64,000 bases of DNA from sequence record KX130862; one strand, written 5' to 3'. The stretch is from Shigella phage SHFML-26. Under the pieces are notes generated by a model. That model saw nothing but the letters and a program-made list of their open reading frames with translations, ran no database searches and was not told the origin of the DNA. A program made the position numbers and the translations under genes. Shown here in pieces: positions 1 through 8,826 of this stretch (positions are counted from its first letter, which is position 1; each line of letters begins with the position of its first letter).

Positions 1-57
1 CATTACCATTAATAAGATAATACTGTCCCTTTTTAATTTCTTTATCAATCATAACCA
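1..57 (-). CDS. hypothetical protein, N-terminal fragment; gene runs off the window start
   Basis: ATG at 55-57 on minus strand preceded by GAGGAA; frame open to window edge (MVMIDKEIKKGQYYLINGN...); below ORF-track size cutoff. Confidence 0.3.
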
Positions 58-74
58 TATCAATTCCTCAAAGG

Positions 75-140
75 CAATTCATGTGTTAATAATACCACAG
101 TTTGAGCTCGTTGTAAACAACTTTGTGAAAATTATTTTAG
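75..140 (-). promoter_or_regulatory. T4 early-type promoter (GTTTAC -35, TGGTATTAT-like -10, A/T-rich upstream element)
   Basis: Minus-strand reading gives AAATAATTTTCACAAAGTTGTTTACA...TGTGGTATTATT; same motif recurs upstream of many minus-strand genes. Confidence 0.45.
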
Positions 141-185
141 GGAATGATAAGAAAGGAACGATAGCTTAGAATGGTAATATACAGA

Positions 186-212
186 ATGTGAGAAAGAAAG
201 GCCCAGAGGGCC
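186..212 (-). terminator. rho-independent terminator hairpin
   Basis: GGGCC/GGCCC stem followed by T-rich run on minus strand, directly downstream of the glutaredoxin-like gene stop. Confidence 0.5.
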
Positions 213-216
213 CGTC

Positions 217-540
217 TTAATCTTCTATGATATCTCTATCATATCCAAGTGAAATGAGAGTTTCTTTGAAGTGTTTAATGTTCTTTTGTCTAGAATCATT
301 AATGAAAATGACTGGATAACGAATGTTAAGAGATGTGAATCCAGCGCGTTTAGCAAGAGATACAATCAGCGGACGATCATACTCAATCTTACCGTTATTT
401 GTAAGAACTTTATAGAAAGTAAAAGGAGCATTGAGCTCCTTTAGAAGTTTTGTAACTGATTGACATCCAGGACAACGACCTACTTCTTCGGGGATGCCAT
501 AGATTTCAATCTTATTCTTTAAGTTCGAGTTTTGTTCCAC
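217..540 (-). CDS. glutaredoxin-like redoxin (NrdH-like); start uncertain, GTG at 538-540 proposed
   Basis: IEIYG beta-strand, CPGC redox motif, cis-Pro motif YPVIFIND; no in-frame ATG upstream of the CPGC motif after the overlapping upstream ORF. Confidence 0.6.
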   Translation of the reverse strand: MEQNSNLKNKIEIYGIPEEVGRCPGCQSVTKLLKELNAPFTFYKVLTNNGKIEYDRPLIVSLAKRAGFTSLNIRYPVIFINDSRQKNIKHFKETLISLGYDRDIIED

Positions 541-823
541 GAGAAATAATTCCTTGATAAGCCCAGTATGGCGGGTTAACAGAATCCTCACCAGAGTTTT
601 CTTCAGGAAAATAAACCTGGATAACGAAGCCGGATTCATCAAAGGTGAAATAAGTAGTAGGCAGTTCACCTAACAAATCGGCACGAGCGTTGATTTCTTC
701 GAGGTCTTGTTCACGTCCAGCCCAGAAGCTTGGGTTCAGACTACATTCATAGAAATAATAGTCATTACCGAACATATCAAAACCATTCCAACTCTCTACT
801 ACATACCGCTCAAAACTAATCAT
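512..823 (-). CDS. hypothetical protein
   Basis: 103-aa ORF on the early-gene strand, packed against neighbours. Confidence 0.5.
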   Translation of the reverse strand: MISFERYVVESWNGFDMFGNDYYFYECSLNPSFWAGREQDLEEINARADLLGELPTTYFTFDESGFVIQVYFPEENSGEDSVNPPYWAYQGIISRGTKLELKE

Positions 824-825
824 AA

Positions 826-1041
826 TTAAGCCTTTTTATCAAGAACAGCATTCAGCTTGTTAGTAATTTTATCCAGACGCTCATTAAACTCACTAGAAGA
901 TAAGCCCTTTTCTGGAGAAATTAAACTAATCACGAAAAATATAGCAATAAAAGGAATAAGGAAAATAGCTCCAACTGCCATAAACAGAAAGAATGTTACA
1001 GTTGTAAGAAAATCAGCTAAACCTTTACGAAATTTATACAT
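826..1041 (-). CDS. small membrane protein
   Basis: 71-aa ORF with one long hydrophobic segment (FFLFMAVGAIFLIPFIAIFFVISLI). Confidence 0.5.
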   Translation of the reverse strand: MYKFRKGLADFLTTVTFFLFMAVGAIFLIPFIAIFFVISLISPEKGLSSSEFNERLDKITNKLNAVLDKKA

Positions 1042-1156
1042 ATTTTACCCTTAATTAATTAACCAAGCATTGATAAGCACTAAACTATATTGGGAATAAA
1101 ATTCTGGACCAAAATGAAAAATCATATCATTTATAGTATCCATAATGTAATTCAGT

Positions 1157-1627
1157 TTAATCATGTTTCCACACCCCATCGGTATTTGACCAAAGTCGCT
1201 GATTATCTGATCCTCGCCACAGCTTTTTAGTCGGAAGATTTTTCTCATACTTCCCATCAATAATAACATCAACATATTTAAGCATTTCTAGCTGTTTAAT
1301 ATCTTCAAACTTATATCCTGTCCACAACCAAATGCTTTTATTGGGATAAAGATTTTTAATAGTTTGAACCACAGAGTGAATCACGTCTCTGTTATCAGGA
1401 TAAAGAGGGTCTCCTCCAGTTATAGTTAATCCTTCTATATAATCATTATTCAAACATTCAATCAATTGTTCTAGTGTTTCACCGGTGAATGGAATACCAT
1501 TTCTAGCATTCCATGTTGATTTATTATAACACCCTTCACATTTATGCAAACAACCTGTAACGAAAAGAACAGTTCTGCAACCAGGGCCATTCACAAAGCA
1601 GCACGGGTATATTCTGTCATAATTCAT
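1157..1627 (-). CDS. nrdG: anaerobic ribonucleotide reductase activating protein (radical SAM)
   Basis: 156 aa from MNYDRIYPCC; cysteine cluster CxxxCxxC-like (CLHKCEGC); immediately downstream of nrdD region as in T4. Confidence 0.85.
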   Translation of the reverse strand: MNYDRIYPCCFVNGPGCRTVLFVTGCLHKCEGCYNKSTWNARNGIPFTGETLEQLIECLNNDYIEGLTITGGDPLYPDNRDVIHSVVQTIKNLYPNKSIWLWTGYKFEDIKQLEMLKYVDVIIDGKYEKNLPTKKLWRGSDNQRLWSNTDGVWKHD

Positions 1628-2454
1628 AATAATATCCAATTTTTCCAAGCTTCATCAGTAGAATTACAGCGTTTTAGTATAAGATGTCTAGAAACTTTTA
1701 TGGCATTTGAGCACTTTTTAATTGAATCATATTTAATACCGTCAACTGAAACGGTTTTGCTAGTTGGAGAAATTTTTCCATACATTGGATTTTTTGAACC
1801 AACTTGAAGTCCTTTTAAAGCTTTTGAAAGCTTTTGTCTAGATTCCAATGACATGGGAGAATTCTTTTTACCTTCAATAATTCGCTTGCGATGAAGTTCG
1901 CGTTCTTCTTCACTCAAAGAATTGTAATATTTTTTAACACCGTTTGATATAGATAATTTATCTTTCTCAGACCGCTCTCCAGCTAATTTACTTCTAACAT
2001 CTTTTCGCTTCATAGCTATGCTTACGGCTTTATTTAAATTTGCTTGATGCTCTGGCGTACGTTTATATTTCTTTAAAGCACGTGAAATAGCTATTTTAGT
2101 TTCTTCTGTTCTCTTTTTACCTTTATTTGCTAAACTATTTTTGTGGCGATGTTCAAGTGTCTGTTCATAGGCAGTTCCACCTTTTCCACCAGGTTTAATA
2201 TTATATGTATTTTCTTTTAGACAATACTCTTCAGTTACAAGTTCAGCTTCTTTATCATACATTTGCTTTTCATTATCAAAAACATATAAAATTTCTTTAT
2301 AAAAATTTTTTCTACCATATTTTAATAAAGCAGCACGAATCAATGTTCCTGATCCCATATAACCGTCATTTATATTATCGGTGCTATGCGCACCGATATA
2401 TTCCTTTGAATTAATTATATTTGTTATTTTATAAATTATATAATACCTATGCAT
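1624..2454 (-). CDS. free-standing GIY-YIG homing endonuclease (Seg family)
   Basis: N-terminal YIIYKITN...YIGAHS...DGYMGSG GIY-YIG module plus basic C-terminal DNA-binding region; ATG 3 nt after nrdD stop. Confidence 0.8.
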   Translation of the reverse strand: MHRYYIIYKITNIINSKEYIGAHSTDNINDGYMGSGTLIRAALLKYGRKNFYKEILYVFDNEKQMYDKEAELVTEEYCLKENTYNIKPGGKGGTAYEQTLEHRHKNSLANKGKKRTEETKIAISRALKKYKRTPEHQANLNKAVSIAMKRKDVRSKLAGERSEKDKLSISNGVKKYYNSLSEEERELHRKRIIEGKKNSPMSLESRQKLSKALKGLQVGSKNPMYGKISPTSKTVSVDGIKYDSIKKCSNAIKVSRHLILKRCNSTDEAWKNWILL

Positions 2455-4264
2455 GTTTTACTCGTTTTACCATTTCTTTCATTTTACCTAAATTCCATGG
2501 AACAACGCTAGGAGTTCCAAGATATCCGCATGTTCTTCTTATTGTATTCATCTTTTTAGGATCAGTTTCTCCACAAATAGAACAAACAAATCCGTTTTCA
2601 GTAGGAGTCATTTCATGGGTACTTCCGCATGTAAAACACTTATCTACTGGCATGTTAACACCAAAATAATCTAAATGTTGTACAGCATAATCCCATACAG
2701 CCTCAAGACCTTTTAGGTTATTTTTCATATCAGGAAGTTCAACATAAGAAATGTGACCACCTGTCGCAATGAAATGATATGGCGCTTCACGAGAAATTTT
2801 TTCAAACGGAGTAATATTTTCTTCTACTGAAACGTGGAAACTATTAGTGTACCAGCCTTTATCGGTAACATCTTTTACACTTCCATATTTTTCTGTATCA
2901 AGTTTACAGAAGCGATAACAAAGGTTTTCAGCAGGAGTCGAATATAAACTAAAAGCAAATCCAGTTCTTTCAGTCCACTGTTTAAGATGAGCATTCATTT
3001 TAGTTAAAATTTCTTGTCCAATATCACGACCGACAAGAATATTCAATTCGTGAATACCAATGTATCCTAGGGACACTGAACTTCTACCATTTTTAAATAA
3101 CTCAATTATATCGTCATCAGGTTTAAGACGAACCCCGAATGCACCTTCTTGGTAAAGAATAGGAGCAACAGTCGCTTTAACTCCTTTTAAGGAACTAATT
3201 CTACACATCAAAGCTTCAAAACATAAATCCATTCGTTCATTGAATAATTCAACAAATTTCTGTTCATTGAACTGTGTTCCAATATAAGAATCTAACGCGA
3301 TGCGAGGAAGATTCAGTGTTACAACACCAAGATTATTACGTCCATCAAGAATTTCATTACCAGTCGAATCTTTCCATACGCTCAAGAAACTACGGCAACC
3401 CATTGGAGAAACAGGAATAGATGAACCAGTGATAGCTTTATTGTTCTTAGCTGAAATAATATCAGGATACATTCTTTTGCTTGCACACTCTAGAGCAAGC
3501 TGCTTAATATCATAGTTCGGATCGTCTTTATAAAGATTAACACCTTCTTCAACAAACATAACAAGCTTAGGGAAAATAGGAGTTATCCCATCACGACCAA
3601 GACCTTTAATACGATTTTTCAGAATTGCTTTCTGAATCATTCGTTCAGTCCAGTCAGTTCCTGTACCAAATGTAATTGTTACAAAAGGAGTCTGTCCGTT
3701 TGAACTAAAGAGAGTATTTACTTCATATTCATAAGCTTGGAATGCATCGTATACGTCTTTTTCTGTTTTAGATTGAGCATAATTTAACGCATCAGCGATT
3801 TGCCATTTTTCTGCATCCTCAATATGTTTTGCATAGGTGCGTTTAACATAAGGAGAAAGTACTTTATCTACATTAGCAAAAGTCGTTCCGCCGTATTGGT
3901 GAGAAGCAACCTGTGCAGTAATTTGTGCCATAATTGCAGTAGCAACGCCAATTGATTTAGGAGTTTCAATCTGCGCATTACCTAGCTTAAATCCGTTCTC
4001 AAGCATTCCTTTTAAATCTACTAAACAGCAATTAGTAAATGGAAGAGCAGGGGAATAATCAATATCGTGGAAATGAATAATTCCGCTTTCATGCGCTTTC
4101 ATAATAAAAGACGGGACCATATTTTTGGCAATGTGTTTAGACACAATACCAGCCATAAGGTCCCGTTGAGTTGGAAAAACACGAGAATCTTTATTAGCAT
4201 TCTCGTTTAAAAGGTCTTTATTAGTTTTATGAATCAATCCTTCAATTTCTTTTTCAATTGTCAT
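2447..4264 (-). CDS. nrdD: anaerobic ribonucleoside-triphosphate reductase, uninterrupted ORF
   Basis: 605-aa continuous ORF; glycyl-radical region RTCGYLG and C-terminal Cys cluster CFTCG...CSICG; matches T4 NrdD length. Confidence 0.9.
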   Translation of the reverse strand: MTIEKEIEGLIHKTNKDLLNENANKDSRVFPTQRDLMAGIVSKHIAKNMVPSFIMKAHESGIIHFHDIDYSPALPFTNCCLVDLKGMLENGFKLGNAQIETPKSIGVATAIMAQITAQVASHQYGGTTFANVDKVLSPYVKRTYAKHIEDAEKWQIADALNYAQSKTEKDVYDAFQAYEYEVNTLFSSNGQTPFVTITFGTGTDWTERMIQKAILKNRIKGLGRDGITPIFPKLVMFVEEGVNLYKDDPNYDIKQLALECASKRMYPDIISAKNNKAITGSSIPVSPMGCRSFLSVWKDSTGNEILDGRNNLGVVTLNLPRIALDSYIGTQFNEQKFVELFNERMDLCFEALMCRISSLKGVKATVAPILYQEGAFGVRLKPDDDIIELFKNGRSSVSLGYIGIHELNILVGRDIGQEILTKMNAHLKQWTERTGFAFSLYSTPAENLCYRFCKLDTEKYGSVKDVTDKGWYTNSFHVSVEENITPFEKISREAPYHFIATGGHISYVELPDMKNNLKGLEAVWDYAVQHLDYFGVNMPVDKCFTCGSTHEMTPTENGFVCSICGETDPKKMNTIRRTCGYLGTPSVVPWNLGKMKEMVKRVKHA

Positions 4265-4734
4265 TTTAAACTCTTTCTAAGCTGCTTCTTAAATGAAGCT
4301 ATTAACTGTGTTTTGGTGTCAGATTCATTATATTCAAATCCTCTTTGAAGCATCTCGGCCATCATTTCCTCTTTTCCTAAACGAGAAAATTCCTTTGATT
4401 TATCTCCAACAAAGTTAGGGTGAATATTATTTTGGGTGTAATCGGATTTTAAATAAGTAAGTAAATTTTCTAACCATTCAAGATAATCAACACCTTGACC
4501 CTTTAAGCCAGAACGATTAAATTTGTGCTTCATTTGACCTTCTGCAGCATTGCAGAGATTACAAAGCAATCCACGTACCTTTCCTGCTTTTGGTCCATTT
4601 AATTCATGGTCATGATCGAGGTGATTAGATTGAACATCAGGATTTAATTCTCGTTGGCAAATTAAGCATTTACCGTTTTGTGCATCATAAAATTTCTGTT
4701 TTTCTTCTTTGTATAATTTGCCAGTCAATAACAT
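4261..4734 (-). CDS. 49: recombination endonuclease VII (Holliday junction resolvase)
   Basis: 157 aa; recalled T4 gp49 sequence MLLTGKLYKEEKQKFYDAQNGKCLICQ...HLDHDHE...CNLCN. Confidence 0.9.
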   Translation of the reverse strand: MLLTGKLYKEEKQKFYDAQNGKCLICQRELNPDVQSNHLDHDHELNGPKAGKVRGLLCNLCNAAEGQMKHKFNRSGLKGQGVDYLEWLENLLTYLKSDYTQNNIHPNFVGDKSKEFSRLGKEEMMAEMLQRGFEYNESDTKTQLIASFKKQLRKSLK

Positions 4735-4776
4735 AATAAAACCCTTACCTTAAATAGATAAGGGTATTTATTATTT

Positions 4777-4952
4777 AAGTATTGTAAAACATTCGATGCA
4801 ATCGTTTATACTGTCGAATCATCTTTTTAGTAGGACGAGAATAGGTTCCTACGCAAGTGGTCATATGAGGGTCCGTAGAATGTCCTTTAATAAAAAGTTT
4901 CCAAACCTTACCGCCATTTAACTTTTCAGTATAAACCAATTCGGTTTTCATT
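4777..4952 (-). CDS. small ORF (about 58 aa) ending with a duplicated copy of the pin-like C-terminus
   Basis: ATG...MIRQYKRLHRMFYNT stop; last 15 codons are a diverged copy of the 3' end of the adjacent gene. Confidence 0.3.
4779..4825. repeat. direct repeat copy A (about 46 bp)
   Basis: AAGTATTGTAAAACATTCGATGCAATCGTTTATACTGTCGAATCAT; about 85 percent identical to copy at 4989-5035. Confidence 0.7.
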
Positions 4953-4987
4953 AAAATGCCTTGTCAGAAAAAGAATTTTGAGTTTTT

Positions 4988-5473
4988 TCAAGTATTATAA
5001 AACATTTGATGCAATCGCTTATATTGCCGAATCATTTGGTCAGAAAAAGAATTTTGTGTTTCAAGCCATTCAATGTACTCTGCGGCAGCTTGCATTAAAT
5101 TTCCTTCATAACCATCAATATCTTTTTTCAATGCCACTTTAGCTAATGCATATGAAATACGTTCACCTTGAAAAGCGGCTTTAGGCTTCTGAGCATCTTG
5201 GCTAGTTCTCTCTACAACTTCTTCAATTTCGCCATTTTCAACGGATTCAGTATTCCACAAGCACCAATACGTAATTGGCTTATCATAGATGTTAATAATC
5301 TTTCCGTCGGAAAGTTCAATTTCAATAATTCCAGTATCAGGCTCTATATCATCTTCACATTCTTTTGTAAGTTCACGAACTTTAAAGACAGTACCTGCAC
5401 TAAGTTCCGGCCAGTAATTACATAGCCCTGTATCAACACGATTAATTCTAAACCACTTATCTACTGTAATCAT
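4988..5473 (-). CDS. pin-like protein (inhibitor of host Lon protease), assigned by position and size
   Basis: 161 aa from MITVDKW; sits between gene 49 and nrdC as T4 pin does; no catalytic motif recognised. Confidence 0.5.
   Translation of the reverse strand: MITVDKWFRINRVDTGLCNYWPELSAGTVFKVRELTKECEDDIEPDTGIIEIELSDGKIINIYDKPITYWCLWNTESVENGEIEEVVERTSQDAQKPKAAFQGERISYALAKVALKKDIDGYEGNLMQAAAEYIEWLETQNSFSDQMIRQYKRLHQMFYNT
4989..5035. repeat. direct repeat copy B (about 46 bp), 3' end of pin-like gene
   Basis: AAGTATTATAAAACATTTGATGCAATCGCTTATATTGCCGAATCAT. Confidence 0.7.
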
Positions 5474-5595
5474 GTCCCATCTCCATATCAATTAAGTCAT
5501 TTATCGTTGGTTCATTATATACTGTTTCTTCATCAGTGTAAACCGGTTCTTCCGGCTCTGGCTCTACAGTTTCCCATCTAGCCGCCCACCAGGGT

Positions 5596-5766
5596 TTAAC
5601 CCCGAAGCTTATTAAGTTCTTCATAATCAATCCAGGATTCTAGTCCTGATGGCAAATCAGATTCAATTTCCCAAAGAAGCTCTTCAATTTTCTGAAGACG
5701 ATCTAGTTCTTCAGCTGGAATAGTAACCATTGATGGAGTTCTTGATACACTAATATCGTAAATCAT
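5596..5766 (-). CDS. hypothetical protein
   Basis: ORF on early strand; internal ATG chosen to abut upstream gene. Confidence 0.4.
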   Translation of the reverse strand: MIYDISVSRTPSMVTIPAEELDRLQKIEELLWEIESDLPSGLESWIDYEELNKLRG

Positions 5767-5768
5767 AT

Positions 5769-5984
5769 TTACCCCAGTTTGACCATGCAATCGCCGTATT
5801 TCCACTTAGAAATAGACTTTTCGCCATTAGAATAATAAACTTCGAGTTTAGCACGGTTATTTTTAATTTGAATAACCTTGGCTGTCATTAAAGTTCCATA
5901 CCCATAGTAAACTGCAACTTCATCACCTACATATACCGCGCTTCCGCGGTAATCATGGATATAATCAGTTCCTTCGAGCATCAT
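5769..5984 (-). CDS. hypothetical protein
   Basis: 71-aa ORF, start overlapping nrdC stop. Confidence 0.45.
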   Translation of the reverse strand: MMLEGTDYIHDYRGSAVYVGDEVAVYYGYGTLMTAKVIQIKNNRAKLEVYYSNGEKSISKWKYGDCMVKLG

Positions 5985-6244
5985 TTAAAGTATTCCCGCA
6001 ATTGGTCAAATCCACCAATATGACTTCCATCAGGAGCAAATACCTGAGGCATTGTTAAGCCGATTTGAGTATCACGACCTAGTTTAGTCAGAAGCTCAGC
6101 GATTTTCTCATCATCAAAAACACCTTTTTCCGGCATAATGTTGATAAATTCAAACGGCTGTTTCTTCACGGTCAAAAGACGTTTTGCATTATCGCAATAC
6201 ACGCATTTGTGGATGTTGCTATCATAACCATATACTTTAAACAT
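5981..6244 (-). CDS. nrdC: thioredoxin
   Basis: 87 aa; MFKVYGYDSNIHKCVYCDNAKRLL with CVYC active site as in T4 thioredoxin. Confidence 0.9.
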   Translation of the reverse strand: MFKVYGYDSNIHKCVYCDNAKRLLTVKKQPFEFINIMPEKGVFDDEKIAELLTKLGRDTQIGLTMPQVFAPDGSHIGGFDQLREYFK

Positions 6245-6245
6245 A

Positions 6246-6488
6246 TTATTCCTTAATTCCTAATACTTGTTTAAAAGTCTCGTCGTAATCAAGACTTTGG
6301 CCTGTTTGTTCTTTATGTTTGTATATAATATCACTTACTTCTGATAGCATATTTTTATATGAACGAGTTAAAGCAGATTTAAGCACGCTGTATCTATCAG
6401 GAAATTTACCGTGTTCATTATAATAAGCTATTGCTAATTCACGGACTGCCTTTTCAGCAGCCTCCATATATTCTTTACGCTTTGTCAT
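6246..6488 (-). CDS. hypothetical protein (start at internal Met likely)
   Basis: ORF 6246-6629 overlaps the next gene; internal start [13 protein letters not shown] avoids the overlap. Confidence 0.4.
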   Translation of the reverse strand: MTKRKEYMEAAEKAVRELAIAYYNEHGKFPDRYSVLKSALTRSYKNMLSEVSDIIYKHKEQTGQSLDYDETFKQVLGIKE

Positions 6489-6789
6489 TTTCTTCTCGGT
6501 CAAATCGGTGTTTACAATGGCGACATTTATAACGAAGATTACTAGTCTGCCAATGGACCAATTGCACCTGTTCAGTTCCACATTCAGGGCAATTAGGAAC
6601 GTTTTTAGAAGCACGTTCGCGGCGTTCAACCATGACCATTACAGAATCCCAATTAATAGGGCTGCTATAATCATCACAACCATGAATCTTTCCACGCATT
6701 TCCAAATCGTCTTCTTCACCGGCCATAATAATTTTAATTAAACTGGAATTACTTGAAGCTGCAATGTCTTCTAATAGACGCTTTTTCAT
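6475..6789 (-). CDS. zinc-ribbon protein
   Basis: CPECG...CRHCKH two Cys pairs. Confidence 0.5.
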   Translation of the reverse strand: MKKRLLEDIAASSNSSLIKIIMAGEEDDLEMRGKIHGCDDYSSPINWDSVMVMVERRERASKNVPNCPECGTEQVQLVHWQTSNLRYKCRHCKHRFDREENDKA

Positions 6790-7715
6790 TTCAATACCTC
6801 AATAGCATTACGTAAACCATTTGCTTTTGCATTAAGAGCTTTTAACAATTTGGTGTGTTCTGCAATTTGGGCTTCAACTTCAATCAAACGAGCATTGAGA
6901 TATTCGCGTTCTTCACTCAGATTATCAGCCTTTTCTGCTTTAGGTTCTTTTACAACTTGCTTATATGTATTAGGGTTCTTCAGTTTAATTAGAATGCGTG
7001 AACTGTACAGCATTGAACCATTATCTTCGGTTTCGTCATACATTTCCACTACGTCCATCATCTCCACCATCGTGCAGAGTTTATAAGACAACGAACGAAT
7101 AATTTTGTTGTGCTTATTAATTTCTCTAGCTGTCATGGTGCCGAGATTACGTGAGTAATAATAAGGAACCTGGATATTAATTAATACTGATGAACCACCT
7201 GGCTTGTGTGTTACTTCATCAGCAATAACCCAATCCTTAACATGAACTGTATTTGTACGGTCATCGCCCGCGGTAAATAGTTTACGAGCATGCTTAAAAA
7301 GCATATTCACTTGGTCATTGAATTGACAAGCGAATTTATCAGCAAATTTAGTTTCGGGAATGGTAGATAACCAATCAGCCAAATGGGTCCTTTTAACATC
7401 GTTAACAATAGTAAATTCAACCAAATCGGTTATAGATGTCTCAGATTTAATGAAGCTCGGCTTCATAAAGTTTTTAATGTTATCACTAGCTACAGTAGAA
7501 GATAACAGACGAGAACGTTTAAACCATTGAAGCAAATTGCCTAACGAATGAGAATAAGCGTTCTGAGTATCTTTACAGATATGATTTTCCTGGCCAACAT
7601 ATTGAAGGAAATCACGAAGAATATTATTGATTACTGCCCTGTGTCCTATCTGATAATTACGATGTTTAGTAATAAGACTGTCAAAATAATCAATATAATG
7701 TTTACGAGTTTTCAT
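6786..7715 (-). CDS. hypothetical protein with C-terminal coiled coil (tandem family member 1)
   Basis: 309 aa; N-terminus MKTRKHYIDYF; C-terminal heptad-rich segment. Confidence 0.6.
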   Translation of the reverse strand: MKTRKHYIDYFDSLITKHRNYQIGHRAVINNILRDFLQYVGQENHICKDTQNAYSHSLGNLLQWFKRSRLLSSTVASDNIKNFMKPSFIKSETSITDLVEFTIVNDVKRTHLADWLSTIPETKFADKFACQFNDQVNMLFKHARKLFTAGDDRTNTVHVKDWVIADEVTHKPGGSSVLINIQVPYYYSRNLGTMTAREINKHNKIIRSLSYKLCTMVEMMDVVEMYDETEDNGSMLYSSRILIKLKNPNTYKQVVKEPKAEKADNLSEEREYLNARLIEVEAQIAEHTKLLKALNAKANGLRNAIEVLK

Positions 7716-7767
7716 GTTCTTCTCACTTTGTTAATGGTTTATACTCCGAGCCATCCTTGGCTTTAAA

Positions 7768-8769
7768 TTACTTAATTAACTGTAAAGCTTGTTCAAGACG
7801 ATCCAGGCGATTAACAGATTCTTCCCAAATCCTTTTAGCCTGCTCATATTCTTTCTGTGCTTTATTAGAAATTTCTAGAACTTCTTTATAAGCTTTTTCT
7901 AGTGCAATAACTTCTGGACGAATTTCTATCGGTTCAGGTGAATCGTCAAGACATTCCATTAGTTCCTCAAGGGTAGTTTCTTCTTTAGGAGTATTCACAA
8001 TTTCATCACATTTTTGTTGGTAAATTTCTTTATCAGTCGGTGAGTACGCGCACTTTACTTCACGAAGACTAACTACAATTTTATATCCTTCCCAACCACC
8101 CATATTTTTGAAAGGATATGTATGAATACTTTTTACAGTTTCCATACAATCCAAAGCCGTCTCTAATTGATGAGTTATAGTGCTAGCAATTGAGAAAAAT
8201 TTATTAATATTCTTTTGGTTAGCTTCTGGTGTAAAAAATTCGTAATTCACAAAAATAGCTACTTTATTTTTATCAAGCTCATATTCTTTTACGATAATCA
8301 TATCAGAAGCCAAAGGATGAATTTGACGATAATCGCCATAACATAATTTAGAAGCTGATTTTAGAATTTGTCCTTTAAAAAGTCTGAAATTACTAATCCA
8401 ACGACGAGTAAAAATATTCTTAGGGTCTTCTTTGATATTAAGATGATAAGAATTAACATCACCGAACCAATTGTATCCTATTACACCTTTAGTTCGTTTA
8501 ATTTCTTTCCCAAAATTATCAAGAATATCCCGATTAACCAAATATGAAAGAAGACGAGACCCTTTAAAGGTTTTCTTGATAACATCTTTATCTACACGGC
8601 TAGAAATTTTACGAATTTCATGAATAAATTTAGTAGAAGAAACAATACTTGCATCAATACTACTGAGCCATTGATTGATAATAGAAAGAACAGCGTTCTG
8701 ACTAGACATGGGTTTAACTTTATCATCAATAACCCTATTGAATGATTTGATATATTCGTTACGAGTCAT
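7768..8769 (-). CDS. hypothetical protein with C-terminal coiled coil (tandem family member 2)
   Basis: Start taken at MTRNEYIKSF; C-terminal EKAYKEVLEISNKAQKEYEQAKRIWEESVNRLDRLEQALQLIK. Confidence 0.6.
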   Translation of the reverse strand: MTRNEYIKSFNRVIDDKVKPMSSQNAVLSIINQWLSSIDASIVSSTKFIHEIRKISSRVDKDVIKKTFKGSRLLSYLVNRDILDNFGKEIKRTKGVIGYNWFGDVNSYHLNIKEDPKNIFTRRWISNFRLFKGQILKSASKLCYGDYRQIHPLASDMIIVKEYELDKNKVAIFVNYEFFTPEANQKNINKFFSIASTITHQLETALDCMETVKSIHTYPFKNMGGWEGYKIVVSLREVKCAYSPTDKEIYQQKCDEIVNTPKEETTLEELMECLDDSPEPIEIRPEVIALEKAYKEVLEISNKAQKEYEQAKRIWEESVNRLDRLEQALQLIK

Positions 8770-8826
8770 ATTAATCTCCTCAGTAGAAAGTAAGAACATT
8801 ATACCACATCCTTGTGGAAAAGTAAA

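Noticed and set aside
1544-2414. Plus-strand ORFs 1544-1807 and 2205-2414 (and other plus-strand ORFs within the early region, e.g. 3300-3515, 5168-5425, 8966-9271)
   Set aside because: Antisense to nrdG, the GIY-YIG gene, nrdD and other minus-strand genes in a region where essentially all real genes are on the minus strand.
2447-4264. Possible group I intron in nrdD (as in T4)
   Set aside because: The ORF is continuous at the T4 protein length with no internal stop or non-coding insert, so no intron is present.
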